Assembly: GCA_020891255.1 (NCBI GenBank)
Contig: BQFW01000014.1
Location: 2,046,001-2,110,000, forward strand
From: Entomortierella parvispora E1425
Taxonomy: Eukaryota; Fungi; Mortierellomycota
Length of the DNA stretch: 64,000 bases
Direction of reading: 5' to 3'
The position numbers and the translations under genes are program-made. Below are positions 57,401-64,000 of the stretch, one piece after another (position 1 is the stretch's first letter; every line of letters begins with the position of its first letter). Under the pieces are notes generated by a model. That model searched no databases and was not told the DNA's origin. It saw only the letters and a program-made list of their open reading frames with translations.

Positions 57401-57614
57401 AGTCGTGACGACCTTGATGATTGTGGATGTAATTATAATGGTCTTCCTCATCCTCTGTATCTTCGTCATCATGAACGAGCAGGCTGTTAGGTGGAGGTCG
57501 GCCATAGTGCTGACTCAGGAACATATCCTCACGGTACTCCTCGTCTTCGTCCAAAGAGAGGTCATCAAACTGATCTTTGTGGTTTTCGTAATACACGGGC
57601 TCGCGGAGGCTCAT
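54475..57614 (-). CDS. Hypothetical protein with acidic N-terminus and central coiled coil, 2 exons
   Basis: ORFs 56220-57614 and 54475-56187 joined by a GTAAGA...CATAAAG intron (~56222-56299). Heptad-like VGDLDLRVNQMEVLV and IVELRNELHSL...LEQTSSRLE. No domain recognised. Confidence 0.75.
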
Positions 57615-58056
57615 TATGGTGAAGGAAAGAAGGCGCGCTGTGGATGGGATGTATAGATCGTTATGATTGGGGATCTATTAACGACGTTTCAAGGAACTCG
57701 GGTCGGCAGGAGAAGTGGAAGTGCTTTCAAGGGTGTGGGGGGAAAGAGAAGGGGCAAACGAGTCGATGACAGAGGCAGCAACAACAACAGAACAACAGTT
57801 CGACATATGCAGGTGGGGCGATGCACACATGGACCGTAGCCCTGGCGAGAAAAGGGGTAAAAAAGAGGAGAGACCTGCGATGACCTGCATCATGCCTGTC
57901 AGTTGACTAAGGCCTGGTCCGAGAATAGGGAGGTAAATCAGCGTAGCGTGCACGCGCAGCGACCTGTGCCAACAGCGTCGCTGCTGTCTGATTGCCATCA
58001 GCAATCACAACACGGCGCTGACCCCTTCGTCTTCCCCCCGCAAGTTCCGCAACGCG

Positions 58057-58071
58057 CCAATAGGTCACGTG
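58057..58071. promoter_or_regulatory. CCAAT box plus E-box (GTCACGTG) in a divergent promoter
   Basis: CCAATAGGTCACGTG, ~90 bp upstream of the THG1 ATG. Confidence 0.45.
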
Positions 58072-58158
58072 CAGGCGCCACCGATCTTTTTTTTTTTTCT
58101 AATAAGTTATCTCTTTTTGTACATCAACGACATTCAATCATCCACAGACACACGAAAC

Positions 58159-59357
58159 ATGGCGAAATCAAAGTACGAGTACGTCAAGGAATTTGAAACA
58201 GACGATAAGCTTCTCCGCAATGTGTTCATTCTGGTCCGTGTCGATGGCAAAGGATTCCACAAGTAGGTCAACAATCCAACATGGTGCATGGCTTTCGAAA
58301 TCGTCTTTAAAGGATGTTAACAGTGGGTTCAGATTCTCTGCAGCGCATCAGTTCAACAAACCAAACGACGTCCGTGCTCTGAACCTCATGAACCATGCTG
58401 CCCGCTCGGTCATGCACGAACTGGACGACATCGTGCTAGCGTTTGGAGAATCGGACGAGTACTCGTTCCTGTTCCGCAGATCGACCGATCTCTATCAAAG
58501 GAGAGAATCCAAAATTGTCTCTACCGTCGTCTCGCTCTTCACTTCAGCATATGTCTACTACTGGAACGACTACTTTACGGACTCTAGGCGACCACTTTAT
58601 CCCCCTGTTTTTGATGGACGTGCTGTTCTATACCCATCAGAAGTCGAAGTCAAGGACTACTTTGCTTGGCGTCAAGCTGATACCCATATCAACAACTTGT
58701 TCAACACCTCTTTCTGGGCCTTGGTTGAGAAGGGGGGCATGACACCCAAGGCTGCGGAAGTCAAACTCTCTGTAAGGATTATTGCGAGTCAACATGACTC
58801 ATGGCCAACATGTCAAAAATGGACATCTATTTAGTTATGTATGCGACCGAAATTAACTAGACATTTCTATGTCGTAGGGGACGGACTCCAAGGACAAGAA
58901 CGAGATGCTATTCACGGAATTCAACACAAACTATAGCAAACTGCCTGCGATCTTTAGGAAAGGGAGCGTTTTACTAAGAGAGCACATCCTCAAGAGTCTG
59001 GACAAAGATCACATTATACCAACTTTGCCAGAAACCCTACCAGGATCCACCTCTGCGGATGCGTCTGTGGCAGAGTCGACCATGGATACCGAAGAAGATA
59101 CGGCAACGCCATCAATTTCTGAAACACCGTCCATTGACAACAAAAGGCCGTTAGAGTCGGACGGTGCCACAGACGAAGGTGATCCAACCTCGGAGGGTGC
59201 TGGTGAGAGCTCAGGAGAGTTTCAGGCCCCACCAGGGTTCAAACGCATGAAGAAAGGAGTAGTAATTGACCACATCGATATCATTGGCCCCAAGTTCTGG
59301 TCTGGGCGAGGCGCGTATATACTTGCACCAGAGAAGAGAAAAAAAACAGGGCCTTGA
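58159..59357 (+). CDS. THG1: tRNA-His guanylyltransferase, 3 exons
   Basis: MAKSKYEYVKEFE, VRVDGKGFHK|FS, KPND, GESDEYSF, FDGR, YFAWRQADTHINNL and HIDIIGPKFW. Confidence 0.96.
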
Positions 59358-59486
59358 AAAATAAAAGAAAATTAGGTCAAAATTGCTTTTGGTGGCGTTG
59401 GTGGCTTAGGATCACTGGCTGCTGGCCCGACTGAAGAAGAGACTGTGCGCGGAATCCGAATCTGTCTCTTCTTTTCAGCTATCGAA

Positions 59487-60607
59487 ATGGTACAGCGGGG
59501 TTGAGCATACACATCCATGCGTGCTTTGGTCGGAACCGATCCATCGATCGACACATCGACACATCTGTTACCGCCTCTATGTCAAAACCACCCTCAGGAA
59601 GCAATCTTGGACACAACCTATTGACTCGGACCGAAAAACTCAGGCGATGATGGATAACGGGACATGGATTGCATTTCAGGAAAGGAATGCGGCCATCACA
59701 TGACGTTGAATGCATGATGAATTTATGATTCGCCGCATTTAAGTCGGGACAAAACTGCAGGGAACCCATGCCAGCACTCAGTACTTTCATCTGTGTCGGC
59801 GAACTATACATCAAATCCAGATCATTCATGGATAGACCAGGAACAGGGCAGCCAACAAAGCATTAATCCTGAAGAGCATACGACTTACCATTCATCCCTG
59901 ATGTTTGTCGGAACCATCATCTCTAGGTTAACGTTCCTAAGACCAGAAACACCTACTGCAAGGGTAAGACGTGCAAGAAGCACACTGCCCACAAGGTCTC
60001 GCAGTACAAGACCGGAAAGGCCTCTCTCTTCGCCCAGGGTATGGACACGACAGTGCTTTTGATATGCTTCATCAGTTTGCAGGAACTGGATACAGACCAC
60101 TAACTGTTGAAAGGACTCTTATCTCATGCTCCTCTAAACTCCTTCGCGTCGACTCTACTTTTTTGTCATGGATTTCCTCAACTAATCTTTACCTGACAAT
60201 ACAACGACTTTCTGGACACTACGCACCTTCACCACACCAACAACACATTCATTCGTCTTGTCATTCCTCGCCGCTCGTTGCTTTTGGACTACCAGGAAAG
60301 CGTCGTTATGACCGGAAGCAGTCCGGTTATGGTGGTCAGACCAAGCCCGTCTTCCACAAGAAGGCCAAGACCACCAAGAAGGTCGTCCTTCGTTTGGAGT
60401 GCCAGGTCTGCAAGTACAAGCACCAGATCGCCTTGAAGCGCTGCAAGCACTTCGAGCTCGGTGGTGACCGCAAGCAGAAGGGTACGCAAATCATGTCAAG
60501 GATTCACTCGGAAATGAAAAGGAGTACAATTGCGATAGTGTTGAATACTAACTATTTTTTTTACTTTCCCGTCTTTTCTGAAAACAGGCCAGGCTCTTAC
60601 TTTCTAA
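59487..60607 (+). CDS. RPL42: 60S ribosomal protein eL42 (L44/L42/L36a), 4 exons
   Basis: ATG|intron 59490-59926|[20 protein letters not shown]...AQG|intron 60039-60295|[19 protein letters not shown]...RCKHFELGG|intron 60482-60587|GQALTF-stop. Pro56 is retained (cycloheximide-sensitive type in yeasts). Confidence 0.97.
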
Positions 60608-61318
60608 ATATCGAAACGTTTCTGCCAGCATGTGCATTCTGTGTTTTTTTATGCAGAAGTAAAAAAGATCTCGGTTTGAGCATGTCACCAAAAATTACTA
60701 TACCATATGACAAGGGATTTAGATGTTTGACATAACAGGAAGGATGATGTGGTTATGCTGCAGTTAGCACGTCCTAAAGTTGGGCACCGTTGCACAGGCT
60801 TGGACCTGGGGCAGTCCACTTTATAATTTTATGTAGCCTGGTTACGTGAAAGGCGTGGGGATAGACGGCGTCATGTATTTGGATCAAGGGAGAAAAAAAG
60901 GGAGGAAAAGGGGGCGAAGGGCTTTCCAGTGGGCAAATGCATATGGCTATGGATGAAGTGGTTTCCGCTCACTCACTCCGACCAGGAGCAGACGAGCAGA
61001 ATGAAAGAGGAAAGATAGTGGCACTGGCGGTAACGCGGTCGCCACTATGCTGCACACAGCGCGTAAAGGGACGTGTCGTCCATGGAGGCGTGAGCGGTCG
61101 TTTTTGTGCGGTTATGAAGATGTGACCATAGCATGGTCATCCTATCCTGGACAATACGAAGGCGACTTTGTCCTGTCCTGTTTCCGCCTAGTCATCCCCT
61201 TGCTGGGTTGATTCAACATTAGCCATTCACCATTGTGAGCGTAATGTCTCTTCTTTAACTTCACGTCTGCACCTTTCCCCCCATTTTTCAGCCAACAGTA
61301 AACGCCGCCAACGGCATC

Positions 61319-63838
61319 ATGCCTATCTCCAGCGTGTTCCGGCAGTCCTTTCCTATCCCTTTCCATGGCCCGTCACAGAAGAGCCGTCTCCGACATGGGC
61401 ACATCCGCGCAGTTAGTGTCGCCAGCTTTGAGTCCTCTTCCTCTGCTTGTGGCATTGTCGTCATTGCTGTCCCTGCGACAGAGAACAACAATAACGACAA
61501 CATCAACAACACTCGAGTAAACGAAAGCAACAGTAACAGGGACGCGTCTCCCTCTCGTGCAACCATCACGGTCTTTGATGCTCCGACAAACTTGGACGAC
61601 TTGATGGGCTCCGTAAACCACGCAGAGAGCAGTAACGTGAACGTGATGAAGGGTTGTGTCAGTGAAAGTCAAGATGGCTATGGCAAGCCCAGCAGTAGCA
61701 GCAGCGGTGGCGACAGAGGAGGGACTACCGCTCCCATATCAAACCTGCCCACCCCTACGTCTGTTTCTTTCTCATCTTCCCCTCTCTCGCCTAATATTCA
61801 CTCACCGTCCAGTCCCCCGACCTCTATCACATCATTCCTTGCTCCTGAGAGTCTCCTACCACACTCTCCCCCTCCATTCTCTTCTGCGGATTTGGCACTA
61901 TTATCCCCCACAATGCCCAGTGAAGGATCTCTTGGCAAACGATTTGGATCCATATTTTCCAACAAAGGCTCTAAGTGCGAACCGGATGACCTTGTTAGCT
62001 CGCTCCATGTTGGCGAGAGTCCAAGTCGCGCCGACCCTGAAAAACAAAACCAACTGCTCAAGAAGAAACGCTTGTCTGCGGGTTCCATGGGACTCTCTGT
62101 CCCTATTGGCGCCTTTCTGTCCCAAACCTTCCGCCCAAAACATCAACAGAAAGAACAGCAGCAGCATCATCATCATCATCAGCAGCAGGAACAACAACAA
62201 CAACAACAACAACAGAAAACCCGGTCGACAGATCCACCGCAGCGCAAGAAACGGAGGAACCTTCTCCCAAAGCTTCCCAGGCTCGATACCAGGCCCAAAA
62301 TCATTGTTTCTGCAGAAACCACAACTGCCAGCACTACTTTCCCGTCAGGAGGTCCTATCCGCAAAAGATTCGCAAAGGCCACAGCCAAGAAAACCAAGGA
62401 GTCACAGGAAATAGAGATTGTCGCTTCGCCGGAGCAACGTGACATTGAGGAGAGTACGACTCCTGGAACAGACGAGGAAGGAGGTGTACTTGCTGCCAAC
62501 CCAGCTTCTGTGGATTTGCTTTCACCATTCTATCTTTTGTCTCAGTTCCGTCCTGGCTCTTCTATTGACTTACGGAAGCAGCTTAAAGTCACCCCGGACA
62601 GCCAGCAGTCACCGCCGTCACCTACAGAACCTCTGGAAGAAGAGTTCCGAGACTGGAGTCGATTTAGTCAGGTCTATTACGACGACCGATGGGACCGAGC
62701 TTCTGTTCGAACAGTTGATTCAGAGACAATGCGACTCTCTACAGATGACCCCAACTTTCCAGGGTACCCGGAGCGCAACGACTACTGGCAACAGCATTGC
62801 AGAATCAGGGAGCGCCGTTGGAAGCAGCAGCTCCATAAACACCAGCAGCAACAACAGACAGAGGCCAGATCTCCAGCCAGTTGGGTTAACCGCGCACGTG
62901 GCAACACAGAGGAGGAGACCGATTCAATTGTGGAAGAGGACGACATTAACGGTGAACTCTCAGAGAGACTTCAGGAAGCGACTCTTCTTTCACATGTAGC
63001 TACCAAGGATCGTACTGACCCAGCTCAACATCCGTTTGACTCGCCGGGGTCCAGACAGCCGATCTCAGACAATCAGAGTCGTGGTCGTCAACAGCGAGTT
63101 CGGTACACGAGCTACAGTGCCTATGCGGCGGCGATGCAGCTGAAGTCCAACAGTAGGACAGATCGCAAACAGTCAACGAACGCGTTAATTGCCGGCGTGA
63201 GTGGTGGAGACGACTCTACTGGAGCACCGACCAAACTATTACAAGATGTCAGCGTACTTCGGACCAAATCTTTGGGTCAGCCTCATGTTGGGCCGAAGAC
63301 GGATCAACCCAAAGAGGCCGCATTGAAAGATACCCGCATCGAAAATGGCGATGAGAATAGAACGGACATCAGTGCCCACCGACGACGACAAACAGATAGT
63401 GGAATCCTGTTTGTTGCTTCAGCCGCAACTACAGCCCAGGTTTACCCAGCGCTGCATCATAACCCACAGGAGCTTTTCAACAGGATTTCTGGATCGAACC
63501 TTAAGAAGGACCTTTGTAAACGTAATAATGCGATCCTTGGAGCAGGCGTGTTGAGCGAGGATGAATTGATGGTAGGATGCCTGGTGGCATCTTATTTTGA
63601 TAAAAGGGTGTTGAAGAGGGTGGAGAATGAGTACCACACCAAGTTGAAGCACAATGGAGTGGACGTAGCAGGGCAGATGAAGGAGGAGTTGATCGACGAC
63701 AAAGATGAGGACGATTTGGTGGGGAATGGGTTCATGATGCTCCAGTCGTCGTTTGGCGACCACGGATTTTATAAGAGACTGAACGCGCCTCATAAACTCT
63801 CCACTTGTAGGGTCACTCGACGCCCTCAGCGGTCGTAG
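61319..63838 (+). CDS. Hypothetical low-complexity protein (839 aa)
   Basis: Long uninterrupted ORF, S/P/Q-rich with poly-Q/H. No domain recognised and the start codon is uncertain. Confidence 0.7.
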   Translation: MPISSVFRQSFPIPFHGPSQKSRLRHGHIRAVSVASFESSSSACGIVVIAVPATENNNNDNINNTRVNESNSNRDASPSRATITVFDAPTNLDDLMGSVNHAESSNVNVMKGCVSESQDGYGKPSSSSSGGDRGGTTAPISNLPTPTSVSFSSSPLSPNIHSPSSPPTSITSFLAPESLLPHSPPPFSSADLALLSPTMPSEGSLGKRFGSIFSNKGSKCEPDDLVSSLHVGESPSRADPEKQNQLLKKKRLSAGSMGLSVPIGAFLSQTFRPKHQQKEQQQHHHHHQQQEQQQQQQQQKTRSTDPPQRKKRRNLLPKLPRLDTRPKIIVSAETTTASTTFPSGGPIRKRFAKATAKKTKESQEIEIVASPEQRDIEESTTPGTDEEGGVLAANPASVDLLSPFYLLSQFRPGSSIDLRKQLKVTPDSQQSPPSPTEPLEEEFRDWSRFSQVYYDDRWDRASVRTVDSETMRLSTDDPNFPGYPERNDYWQQHCRIRERRWKQQLHKHQQQQQTEARSPASWVNRARGNTEEETDSIVEEDDINGELSERLQEATLLSHVATKDRTDPAQHPFDSPGSRQPISDNQSRGRQQRVRYTSYSAYAAAMQLKSNSRTDRKQSTNALIAGVSGGDDSTGAPTKLLQDVSVLRTKSLGQPHVGPKTDQPKEAALKDTRIENGDENRTDISAHRRRQTDSGILFVASAATTAQVYPALHHNPQELFNRISGSNLKKDLCKRNNAILGAGVLSEDELMVGCLVASYFDKRVLKRVENEYHTKLKHNGVDVAGQMKEELIDDKDEDDLVGNGFMMLQSSFGDHGFYKRLNAPHKLSTCRVTRRPQRS

Positions 63839-64000
63839 CTCCACTCCTCCGAACCCTGTATGTCCCAGTTGCACCCCATCCACCACCACCATCACCACCA
63901 CCTCCAACAGCAGCACCACCATCCCCAAGAACACCAACAACAACTACATCAGTAATAAAGCCGCCGTCGATCTCTGCCTCAGCCAACCTGGCCAATACGC

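Overview
Intron-rich eukaryotic DNA, most likely an early-diverging fungus of the Mortierellaceae/Mucoromycota type. This is inferred from short GT-AG introns with CTAAC branch points, poly-Q insertions and the gene set; no database was searched. The window holds about 15 protein genes: M1 aminopeptidase, GLTSCR1-domain protein, AA5 copper radical oxidase, oligopeptidase B, PXA-RGS-PX sorting nexin (Mdm1/SNX13-14 type), FANCD2, UMP-CMP kinase, ChaC, NAA35/MAK10, NDT80-family factor, THG1, eL42 and four low-complexity orphans. It also holds one tRNA-Glu(CTC) gene, a candidate MITE and three LTR families. The left end is a decayed chromovirus with two nested insertions of a second LTR family. 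The strongest signal is a 6106-bp Ty3/gypsy element (33548-39653) with apparently identical 608-bp LTRs and a 4-bp TSD, whose end lies 15 nt upstream of the mature tRNA-Glu 5' end. That is the geometry of Ty3-type Pol III-targeted integration. The element lacks a chromodomain, has a +1 frameshift that splits off an unusual integrase C-terminal module, and has a DNG protease motif. A CACGTG E-box recurs in seven promoter regions. Exon boundaries were read by eye and gene spans are approximate unless junctions are given.
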